In this document: positions 10,548 through 20,539 of the stretch, in pieces
Layout of the letters: every line of letters begins with the position of its first letter
Numbering within the stretch: position 1 is the first letter of the stretch
Assembly: GCF_006345805.1 (NCBI RefSeq)
Contig: NW_021836421.1
Location: 1 to 24,135 of the forward strand
DNA from: Octopus sinensis
Lineage: Eukaryota
Direction of reading: 5' to 3'
Length of the DNA stretch: 24,135 nt
Made by a program: the position numbers and the translations under genes
Notes under the pieces: model-generated
The model's input: only the letters and a program-made list of their open reading frames with translations
Database searches by the model: none
Told to the model about the DNA's origin: nothing

Positions 10548-10723
10548 TCCTGTCGTCTGCTAAAAGATGGTAGGAGTTCGCTCCTTTGCTTGTAATATAG
10601 ACCGACTGCATATTGCATCGATAACCAGCTGAGGGAGGCTCTTCTTGGGGTTAAAAACGGTAGTAACTTCGAACAACCATATTGATGTGGCGATAAACAT
10701 TACTTCTCAGTATAGTTACTACT

Positions 10724-10986
10724 TTTCTGCGGAGGCGCGTGGCTTAGTAATAAGGGTGTCAGCACCATGATCGTAAGATTGTGGTTTCGATTCCTGGACC
10801 GTGCGACGCGTTGTGTTCCTGAGCAAAACACTTCATTTCACGTTGCTCAAGTACACTCAGCTGGCAAAAGTGAGTAACGCTGCGATGGACTGGCGTCCTG
10901 TCCAGCTGGGGAACACATACGCCATAAAAACCGGGAAACAGGGCCCATGAGCCTGGCTAGGCTTTAAAAGAGCGCATTTATTTATT
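10724..10986 (+). mobile_element. tRNA/CORE-like SINE with alternative 3' tail, inserted into hammerhead monomer B
   Basis: Shares head and CORE-like domain with 7055-7383, then switches to a GCGATGGACTGGCGTCC tail. A 13-bp TSD TATAGTTACTACT lies at 10711-10723 and 10987-10999. Confidence 0.9.
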
Positions 10987-11048
10987 TATAGTTACTACTC
11001 TTATCTCTTGTAGAGATTTTCTAACTAGCTACTTTGTTTATTAAGAGA

Positions 11049-11330
11049 TCCTTGATATTACTAAACCTACATATTTCTCGCTCCAAATCACAACAGGGAT
11101 TCAGAACGCAGTACTCCGCCACCACACTGCTTCTCAGCTTTCATTGAACGACAAAGAAAATATCTCATGCTCATCATTCTAGCTTACCTAGACCCCAACA
11201 TAGCTGAGGTTCAACTGCTTCAAGTACCACTACAATATCACGTCACTAACAACACACTAACACTACGATTCCGCTAACCTACACTACGCAATACTACTAG
11301 AACCAAGATACTACCACCACACCGATACAA
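11049..11330 (+). mobile_element. Possible decayed LINE ORF2 C-terminal fragment (Ingi/I-like)
   Basis: LQITTGIQNAVLR resembles the LQ..QN.ALR motif. The A/C-rich skew is like that of 8840-9030 and 9520-9960. Confidence 0.3.
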
Positions 11331-12259
11331 TAACATACCTCACAGGTCATATCACTACTACAATGAGTCGATGAGAGAACTGTTACATGTATAGGTTGTC
11401 TTTCCACCAACTAGAACCAGTAGCCATTATTCTCTCAAATCACCAAACTATATGGTTTTATATAAAGGTACACTTGACAATATCTATAGTAAAAGAAAAA
11501 TGGTACAGACGTAGTTGGAATGGCCTTTGATCACAGATCTGTCTGCAGCTATTAGAGCTGATCTGGTGTTAAACAATAACAGCAACTGCCACAGAGAACG
11601 ACGGTTAAAACGACGATGATGTCGACGACGACGACGACATCCCCAGCGAATATATGCCGGCTGGTATGGCGGAGTGGGTCACAGTAAACTCAACGTACTT
11701 TTAGATTGTTGCGAAAGGAAGGGTGATATTGAGAGGAGAAAAGACAGGAGGAGGAGGAGGAGGAGAAGTAAAATTAAAGACAGAGTGAAGAAATGTAGCG
11801 TATAGAGATCTAGAGAGAGATGTAGTAGATAGGTAGGAAGCAAGCAAGATAAGGCGGTAAACGGAAAGAAAAAGGCAATGGAAAAGAGAGAGGGGGAAGA
11901 AACAGCGAGAAAGAGAGATATTATGGAACATTCTCATGTTAGTTCTCCTCTTTTCATCATTATTCTTATTATTAATACATATATTTTTGAAATGAATACT
12001 CTGAGATTCCTTTATTGGATATATGAGAGATATTCTGTGAGACATTCCAAATGTTGGCTGAAAGTACAGACGGAACGGTTTTTTTTTCTTTCTCTCTTTT
12101 TTTTTCTGAGGATGGAGATTACTTTGTAAATTTTGATAGTTTTTTTTGTAATGAACATATTTTAGAAATATTTGTACTTTTGTCCAAAACATGAAGACTC
12201 AAACTAATTTGCATACACAGTTATACACAAACATGCACACACATACATGTATTTGTGTA

Positions 12260-12263
<4 letters not shown>

Positions 12264-12313
<50 letters not shown>

Positions 12314-12322
12314 ATATAATAT

Positions 12323-12359
<37 letters not shown>

Positions 12360-12440
12360 GTATCCATGCATGCGTATATATTATGAGTAGGGATGAAATA
12401 TATATATAACATACATAAATGTATGTATGTATGTATGTAT
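12264..12440. repeat. (TA)n/(TATG)n microsatellite
   Basis: Direct observation. Confidence 0.9.
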
Positions 12441-12984
12441 GATATATGTAGTGTACTGTTTGCTTGGTAAGATCAGGAAAAACACTCAAATCAACGAGAA
12501 TAAAATATTCTTTAATGAATACAGGAGTCATACGTGAGTTACTTGAAGTTTCATGCTCTAATAGCGCAGTATTAGGAAAGGATTGAATAGCCGACAGTAC
12601 ACAACCCGGTAATCGATGAAACTCTAGTAACATGTCTACTCCAAGAGGAAATGCAGGATAAAACTTAGTTATGACCCTGTAAATCTTTGAATGAAGAATA
12701 CTGTTAATATTGATAGTATAATGGGTTTAAAGTAAGTGCAAAAAGAAAAGTTATGCAACAAGAGATGTTATGCCTCATGGGGTAGTCAAATGAAGGAAGG
12801 GATAACGGATATTAAACTGTACGTATACTCCGGTGAATGATGGAGTCGTCTTACAGTTCGATAACAGAAACTTCTCGAGATGCATACATCTAGTAAAAGT
12901 CTCCGAATTCGAGTTTAGAAGGTTGGTGCAGTTCTTCAATCTAATAAGTGTTGTTTCAGCTATACAGGGCCTGTATCTACGATG

Positions 12985-13650
12985 CTTCAGTTGCAATCCC
13001 ACCAAATTGAAGGTATAACCTTCTTTGGGCGAAGTCCTGCGCTTCCCCCGTATGTTAGATATTGTTACAGATGATTCATTATTCGTCCTTTGCCAATGTT
13101 CTCTTCAAAAGTACATCTTATGTTTCTGCAACGAATTGCAGATGGAAATCCGTTGGGCAACTAAGTTGGGACCCAAACATCAATCCTACTGACGCAAATA
13201 AGTTGATGCAGAGGGTTTTCAAAACACGACTTGGTTATTTGGGAAATATCTGCGATCGTCCTGGTCGTATAATGGTGTTTGGCAACGCTGTTAATCTCAG
13301 TTGGCCGACCAGAACGGGATGCAACTTCAATCGAAACTTTCACGAGCGAAATCTTGAAGACCACCTCTGACACACACGCTCAGTAACAGCATCCCCTCCG
13401 TACACGGTATGTATATTCCTGTAGGTTTCCGCTGCTTTCTTGATTTTCTTTAAAATAAAAAAAGCATGTAGCGTCGATAATGTTTGTTTTGGCTCCATTT
13501 CATTGTGATCCCAAGCTAACAAAATGCAACCTGTCTTGTCACAAGTTCGCTGAAGTTTCAAGTATCTAAGGAGTACACAGGCGCAAGGGATAGACTGAAA
13601 TTAGCTACTGTTTAGAGCGATTGAGGTCTAAAGTAAAAACAGTTGAATCT
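12985..13650 (-). mobile_element. Decayed mariner transposase, N-terminal half
   Basis: KAAETYRNIHTVYGGDAVTERVCQRWSSRFRS; RSGRPTE; SRIDVWVP; QRISICNSL; LKRTLAKDE**IICNN (TGDEKW motif); KKVIPSIWWD. Confidence 0.9.
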
Positions 13651-13656
13651 AGGAAG

Positions 13657-13730
13657 ACGGCGAGCTGGTAGAATCGTTACCACCTCGGACAAAATGTTTA
13701 GCAGCATTTTTTCCGACTTCACATTCTAGT
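13657..13730 (+). mobile_element. Isolated 5' head of Nin/Deu-like SINE
   Basis: GACGGCGAGCTGGTAGAATCGTTACCACCTCGGACAAAATGTTTAGC matches the heads of 7791 and 15604-15830. Confidence 0.65.
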
Positions 13731-13802
13731 TCCCAACCCTTTTATTTAAAAAAGTTTTCCCACGGACCCCTTTTAATATGCTTATCAGTACGTACACGTA
13801 TA

Positions 13803-13803
13803 A

Positions 13804-13835
<32 letters not shown>

Positions 13836-13916
13836 ACACACATACAAACATATATATACACGCATATATATATATATATATATATATATACACGCATATA
13901 TATACACACATATATT

Positions 13917-13948
<32 letters not shown>

Positions 13949-13970
13949 TATATATACATATATACATATA
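13803..13970. repeat. (CA)n/(TA)n microsatellite
   Basis: Direct observation. Confidence 0.9.
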
Positions 13971-14205
13971 TTGTTGTTGTTGTTGTTGTTGGCATCCTTT
14001 TTATCTCGGGAGACAATGGAGTTGCGCATAATATAATCTAGTCCGGCTTTTACATTTCATGTCCTAATACATCTCCTGCTGTGGCTGTGTAGTCCTATTC
14101 TGGACCAACACTCCCTCTGGCATGTGCCGCAAATGTAGCGAAGACTTTGCCTGGTTGGTTGTAATGGCATAGTTTCTTGTGGACGTCTTTTCTTATCTTT
14201 CCATT

Positions 14206-14255
<50 letters not shown>

Positions 14256-14976
14256 GTCACTCCTTTGTGTTCCCTCTTTTATGTTACGTCGCCAATCTCC
14301 ACGGTTGCTGGCAACTGCTTCCCAGTTGCTAATATTGATGTTGAAGGCCTTCATGTCCTTTTTGCAAACATCCTTGTATCATAAGAACGGTCTTCCCACA
14401 GACCGAGTACCCCTTGCAAGCTCTCTGTAGAGTATGTCCTTGGGGATCCTGCCATCTTCCATACGACTAAGATGTCCATACGTGTTTGTGTGAGGAATGC
14501 AAACATGCAAAGAGGACATCTTTGTTGGGGACATGATTCTGCCATTTAATGCCAAGGATTTTCCGGAGGCAGCGCAGGTGAAAGATGTTTAGGCGACGCT
14601 CTTGGCGTGTGTATGGCGCCCAAGTCTCACTTCCATACAGTAGAGTACTGAGTACACATGCCTGGTAAATCTTCATTTTTGTTGTCTTGGTCAGCTTATT
14701 GTTGTCCCATGCCCGTTTGGAGAGTTGGGCCATCACAGCAGCTGCCTTGTCAATGCGTATATTGAGCTCACCATCAAGAGATAGGTTGCAGGTGATGGTA
14801 GAGCCAAGATAGGTAAACTTCTTCACCTCCTGTAGTCTGTGGTGTCCAGTATGGTTGTTTGGGATGTCCGATGTAGTATGACCCATGATGTTGGTCTTCT
14901 TGAGGCTGATAACTAAGCCAAAGTCGCTACATGCTTGCTCAAAACAGTTGATGAGTCTTTGCAAAGACTCATCAAC
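13971..14976 (-). mobile_element. 5'-truncated RTE-clade LINE
   Basis: LQRLINCFEQACSDFGLVISLKKT...FTYLGSTI...LLYGSETWAPY...FHLRCLRKILGIKWQ; GRIPKDILYRELARGTR; C-terminal CGTCQRECWSRIGLHSHSRRC. The 3' end is CCATTGTCTCCCGAGATAAAAAGGATGCC followed by a (CAA)n tail. Confidence 0.95.
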
Positions 14977-15031
14977 ATATATATATATATATACATACAT
15001 ACATACATACACACACACGTACACACACACA

Positions 15032-15112
<81 letters not shown>
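14977..15112. repeat. (TA)n/(TACA)n/(CA)n microsatellite
   Basis: Direct observation. Confidence 0.9.
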
Positions 15113-15124
15113 AATTTTGAATTT

Positions 15125-15176
15125 AGTTCATGGACCCTCAGTACGACCTCTGCGGATTCCAAGTTGGGAACCACTG
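15125..15176 (-). mobile_element. Possible hAT-type transposon terminus
   Basis: Minus strand begins CAGTGGTTCCCAAC (15163-15176), a Charlie/Tip100-like terminal motif, followed by GGGTCCATGAA. No partner end was found. Confidence 0.4.
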
Positions 15177-15603
15177 GACTAATCCCTACCTTAAAACTAT
15201 TGGTTTTGTGCCAAAATTTGTAACGATATTTTTTATGTCAAGGCTCAGGGGAGATTTTTAAGAATTCATGACATACTTTGCATAGAAAGTTTAAATAAAG
15301 AACTGTGTTATAGTTAAAAATTTAGACAGATATTACTTACTTTGTTGTCACTATAAGAATTTACAAGCTTTCAAGCGAGCGTGAAATATTTCTCCTTTGG
15401 AATAGTGAATTTGAACCATACACTTAAAATTATAAGAAATTGCATGTAAATACTGCGTTGACAAACCCTTTTCGGTAGAATTTGAAGGTTATCCATAGGA
15501 CTCGATCCCACATCCAGTAGACATGACAGGCGCTTTGCCCTGGAACCAAAGCAGTCCCTCGAATTTTTGTACCCATTTTAGAAACTTACCTGTGAAATAA
15601 AGC

Positions 15604-15830
15604 TATAATGGTTTCAAATTTTAGCACAAGGCCAGCAATTTCGGAGGCGGGGTGGATGAGTCAATCATATCAACCCCCACTGTTCAACGGGTATTTATTT
15701 TATCGACCCCGAAAAGAAGAAAGGCAAAGTCGACCTCAGCAGAATTTGAACTCAGAACCTAAAGACGTTCGAAATGCTGCTAAGCTTTTTGTCCTGTGTG
15801 GCAACGATTCTGCCAGCTCGCCGCATTATG
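15604..15830 (-). mobile_element. Nin/Deu-like SINE with a different 3' tail from the 7791 copy
   Basis: Reverse complement shares head, GAGTTCAAATTC, GACTTTGCCTTTC and GGGGTCGATAAAATAAATACC with 7791-8022. Its tail is AAATTGCTGGCCTTGTGCTAAAATTTGAAACC. Confidence 0.85.
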
Positions 15831-16609
15831 CTATGTAAATATTGAGTCGAAAATCCCTTTTAGATAGTAAATTACCCTGTTTAATTATTTAGCATGCAAG
15901 TACAAAATTGTGTCTAATACCTTTCTTTTCAAGGCGGTAAATCATTAGTATGGATCAATAACCTTTTAATACTGTTTTCAAAAATCTGCCGCGTACTTAT
16001 ATGACAGTTGCAGCCCACCGTTTGTGTTTCATCGCAGTTTTGATACCTGAAAATTGAGAAATACATTTTGATAAGAGTGAAACGTCTCAAATAATGAACA
16101 TACAGCTTAACTCCAGGTCAACTTTAATCATACATACGCATGGTCAAACGCATTCTAATCCAAACTATCCTGTTCGTTTTCTATGAGTATAAACGGCAGA
16201 TCGTAATTCTCCAACGTATTCATCTTTTAAAAACATCAGGCTGGGTTTAATGAAAGATTTGACTGCTATTTCTAGCAGGCCAAATGTTCACGTAGCGGCC
16301 TCTACCATAAGTTATAGCATTTAACTTAATGGTTAAATCGGATACTTGAAGTAGTGCATCTAGATATCTGTTAAAAGTCTCAGCGGTGAAACTTTAGTTA
16401 AACGCCTTACATTGTTAAAGACTCAACTGAATGGCCATGGGACTTTAAATGTTAAACTAGTCCTAGAGTAAAGATTTACATTACTCCGAATAGTGACTTT
16501 TGATGATAGAAAGTTTGTATATCTGATAGCAATTCTCAAACCCCCTTGTGATTGGTGTGATTAATTTGTTGATGTTTAACTTCAACTGCTGTAGGTTGAT
16601 CCCCTACTT

Positions 16610-16685
16610 GCATATATATATATATATAAATTCATAAAGGCATAGAGATACAGAACGCGTGTTTTATAGACATAATATATATGTG

Positions 16686-16739
<54 letters not shown>

Positions 16740-16870
16740 TGTGTGTGTGTGTGTGCACGTGTGTGTATGCGTATGCATATATTAATTGATAGCGATACAC
16801 AACACGCGTATTCATATGGACATCCATGATACATAGATAAATATATATACGCATACATCTTAAAAACACA
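16610..16870. repeat. Compound (TA)n/(GT)n low-complexity tract
   Basis: Direct observation. Confidence 0.8.
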
Positions 16871-17052
16871 TATATACATCCATACCAATAAATAAGTTTA
16901 TTTAAGCGTTTTAGCTGTCGACTTGCTGTCGAGTATAACAGATATTTTTGCTAATTAAAGATATAGTCTCCCTGTCATGAGCTCTTTCAATGATGGAAAC
17001 CTACACTAGCATGACAAAACCAAGTCCCCACTTCTCAAACACAAAATGAGCG

Positions 17053-17128
17053 TTATATTTCAGGCATCGTAGCTAAAGGCCCACCGTTTGCTAATGCTTC
17101 CAGGATTTCCAACTGTAACTTACTTACT
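17053..17128 (-). CDS. Candidate terminal coding exon (VSKLQLEILEALANGGPLATMPEI*)
   Basis: Strong acceptor CATTTTTGTTTTCAG (17129-17143), 24 open codons then TAA, AATAAA at 16897-16902 followed by a GU-rich tract. No homology recognised. Confidence 0.3.
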
Positions 17129-17599
17129 CTGAAAACAAAAATGTCGCGCAAAAAGCATCGACACATCAAATTTTATGAGAAACTTTATAGCGACAGTATT
17201 AGTGTTAGAAGCCGTTAAACTAACAAGCAAATTAAACCAAAGTGTAATCTAGAAGACAAGCGAACACTCAGATTTCAAATTAGCATATCCTTCTCTCAAG
17301 TTTTTTTTTTTACAATAGGACAAATTTATATTATTTAACCTCAACCGAAGCAAGGCTCGATAACTTCACTACCTGCTCCTGTTTCCCCCACGAAAAAACA
17401 ACCCGCATATTAATACGCATATTAATACATGTAAATATATCCAAATTTATCCTCTTTTAAAATTTGTAAATGATTATTTAATTCCTTAAAATATGGTTTT
17501 TCATCGTAATTGTTGTTGACTCTTGGGTTTATCGTTCTTTGCCCAGATTTTGTCTTTCATCACATAGTGTCCGAACATTTTTCTCACCAAGCAGATGGA

Positions 17600-18540
17600 A
17601 ATACGAGTTCATTGTCTTCATGGTGCATTGTAAGTTTGCAGCGCATTGATAACACTACAACGAAAATCTTCTCGATTAAGCCCGAATTCTCCAGCTGCCT
17701 TGCCACTTTTATCCAACCAGTTCGTGATATTGTCCATACATTGCGTTCTTTGCCTACTTCTTGATTCACTACCCTCTACTCTTCCTTCCATGATAATGCC
17801 TTCCGGACCTTTGCCTTTTCGAATATGGCTATAATAGATGAGCTTCTGTTTTTCGTAATGTTCAGGAGTTGCTGTCATTCACCGACTTCTGACAACACTC
17901 GAGACTCATAACATTCTCCTATACACTCACATTTCAAACGCATTGATTATGTTCTCTCCACACTTAGGAAGCAGAGCAGGGCCGTCTGCATATCTTACAT
18001 TAGAAATATGCAAGCCATAAATTTTGATTCCATGTTCTTTCTATATTATCTCCCGCATTATCCCCTCAGTGGTGGTGATGATCAAGTATGGAGAGAGAAT
18101 ACAGCCCTAACTAGCACCTTTCCCATTTTTGAACTTTTCTGTGTCCTCGTTATTTATTCGAATGCAGCCTTGACGACTGTAAAGCTACTTGATGAGCTTA
18201 ATGAGGTGTTTCGGAATGCGGGGATTAGACAAGCTGCACCACGTGTGGTCATAGTCTGCACAGTTAAAGGCCGTTCTGTTGGCTGCGTGCTCTTGCTTTT
18301 TCTAAAACTGTGTTGAGATGATGCAGATGATATTTCATGCTTCGTTCGCTTCTTAAGCCAGCGAACTTTAGGTTAGTTAAAATATGTTTGCGACATATTT
18401 CAAAGGCAAATTCATTGCAGTTACCGTAGAGAACGAAACTCTCTCTTGTGACAGTAAAAGGTGTAAAAATAGCATATCTGACCTCTGTCGGATTCTCAGA
18501 CGCTTCATTTAGGTCTTTAGCCGTTATCGGTATTTCCACT
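17600..18540 (-). mobile_element. Decayed RTE/BovB-like LINE with internal deletion
   Basis: AGLRSERSMKYHLHHLNTVLEKAR; AFNCADY...IPKHLIKLIK*LY...GKGAS*GCILSPYL; GIKIYGLHISNVRYADG; INAFEM*VYRRML; QKLIYYSHIRKGKGPEGIIMEGRVEGSESRSRQR. Confidence 0.9.
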
Positions 18541-18671
18541 ATTCTTTCCTAAGAATGAATGTTTTTCTCCACAGCAACTGCAGTGAACTTGCCCTTACAA
18601 ATTGAAATAAAACATATTTTAACACATCTAAAGATCACTTATGCCTAAATACTGCTTGGCACTGATACTGC

Positions 18672-18674
<3 letters not shown>

Positions 18675-18720
<46 letters not shown>

Positions 18721-18760
18721 GTGTGTGTAAGTATGTATGTATGTATATATATATATGAAA
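18675..18760. repeat. (CA)n/(TA)n/(TATG)n microsatellite
   Basis: Direct observation. Confidence 0.85.
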
Positions 18761-19354
18761 CATATATAAATGTCCTTGTGTGAAGTAAAGTGTGTGTGTA
18801 TATATGGTCATCTATGTCTGTCTCCAGTTGCGTATGTGTGTGTGCTTGTCTGTTTATATAACCTATGTACCTATCCGTCTGTATGTTGATCTATTTATTT
18901 TCATATCCATATGCTTACTTACATGTGCATATACACACATATACATACACCCACCCACACACACACACACAGACACACATACATACATCTATCTACATAA
19001 CAGCCCACTAACTATTCTACTCTACCTGTGTAAACTGTGGGTGGGTGGGGTATAATATCTACTCTATATATATTTCCTATTTAATATTGGGGAAGTTTCA
19101 TTTATAAAGACGTACTCCCGTATTCCTTAGAGTGTTGGGTCTTTTGGGTGCTTGGATAAGATGCGGATGTGAAGTTGACCCAAGTTACATCTATGTTGGT
19201 TTTTGGCATGTTGGTAGAGTATGGAGGACTGTTTTTTGTCATCGTATATTAAATTATAAGGCACAAAAAGAAAATGACTCTCCCCAGACACAACAGAATA
19301 TGCTTCAACACACGAACTCACATAAAGAATCTTGCAAACCAAATCCCAAAACGA

Positions 19355-19390
<36 letters not shown>

Positions 19391-19605
19391 TGTATGTATG
19401 TATGTATGTATGTATGTATTATGTATGTATGTATGTATATAAACATATGACGCACCTCTTTCAGTTTCCGTCTGCCAAATCCACTCACAAGAATTTGGTC
19501 TCAGGCTATAGTAGAAGACACTTGCCGAAGGCTCCACGCCGTGGAATTGAACCCCAAATCATGTCGTTGGGAAGCAAGCTTCTTACCACACAGCCATGCC
19601 TATGT
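19355..19605 (-). mobile_element. SINE family A 5' half plus expanded internal (CATA)n tract
   Basis: Minus strand GGCATGGCTGTGTGGTAAGAAG...GGGGTTCAATTCC (A/B boxes)...AGTGGATTTGGCAGACGGAAACTGAAAGA matches 20540-20700; the 3' half is absent. Confidence 0.85.
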
Positions 19606-19725
19606 GCAATGTTTGAAATTATCTTATGTATGTATTGCAAATAAGTATACTTTAGTGCATGAAGGTTGCATTATATTATTTGTGGAAACTCATATCTATC
19701 AATCAAGGCAATATGAAAGTATTTA

Positions 19726-20215
19726 TCTACATACTACTAAAACTCTGTGCTTGCTTGCGTGCGTGCTTGCGTACTTTCGTGCTTGCTTGCGTGCGTGCTT
19801 GCGTACTTTCGTGCTTGCTTGCGTGCGTGCTTGCCTGCGTGCTTGCTTGCTTGCGTGCGTACTTGCGTGCTTGCTTGCGTGCGTGCTTCCTTGCGTACAT
19901 TCTTGTCTGTCATTTAATATAACCAAAACCGGCGCATAATGGGAAAATACTCTGAAAGTAAGAAACCCCTGAAATGTTAATACTAACGGAATAAAGTTTC
20001 GCATAAATCACACCACGGATTCCCGAGATACGCGGCTTTTTTGGTGTACCTTCATAAATAACAAAAACGGCGCATAATGGGAAAATACTACGAAAGTAAC
20101 ATAACCCTAAAATGGGAATATATAATGCTGTGAAAACTGTTTCCATTAATTTTATGTTTACGTTATATAACAATTCCTTTTGGATTTTTGTAGAAGTGTA
20201 CACATATGCCATATA
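19726..20215 (+). mobile_element. Putative non-autonomous Helitron-like element with (GCTT/GCGT)n tract and 138-bp tandem unit
   Basis: A|TCTACATACTACTAAAA start followed by a tetranucleotide tract (19748-19895). GGCGCATAATGGGAAAATACT repeats at 19931 and 20069. No CTAG/hairpin 3' end was found. Confidence 0.35.
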
Positions 20216-20539
20216 TAAATGCTGTTACTCGAGTTCAAATTTAGCCCGGAAGTTCTATTTCTATTAGACGCTGTAAATAATCAATAAAACCTTAAACATG
20301 GACTTGTAAACCAGACCTATGATGACACGAACGAATTGAAATATTTAACTGAATCATCATAAAATTAACTTTCATTTCAATGCAATGTTGAAATCAGCTT
20401 CAATGTTTTATAACCTGAACCGTCAGAGACACAACGGGTCACAGGTAATCTTGTAGTAAATAAAATTAGAGCGTTGTGATGTGTATGTTTTAGTGTAAGA
20501 GCTTTAACAGTTTTTAAAAGTATATTTATATATACCAAA

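Larger units (their letters stand above)
9979..11034. mobile_element. Non-coding hammerhead-bearing retroelement (retrozyme or Penelope pseudo-LTR-like) with inverted plus tandem ~340-nt monomers
   Basis: 14-bp direct repeat TGTTTATTAAGAGA at 9965-9978 and 11035-11048. Copy A is on the minus strand (about 9975-10310), partial copy C on plus (10311-10439), copy B on plus (10443-11034, split by a SINE). Confidence 0.85.

Noticed and set aside
11609-11703. Acidic DDDVDDDDD ORF
   Set aside because: It comes from a (GAC)n repeat, has a stop immediately upstream and lacks splice signals.
12833-13018. 61-aa ORF next to the mariner remnant
   Set aside because: No recognisable domain or splice sites; it partly overlaps the antisense strand of the transposase.
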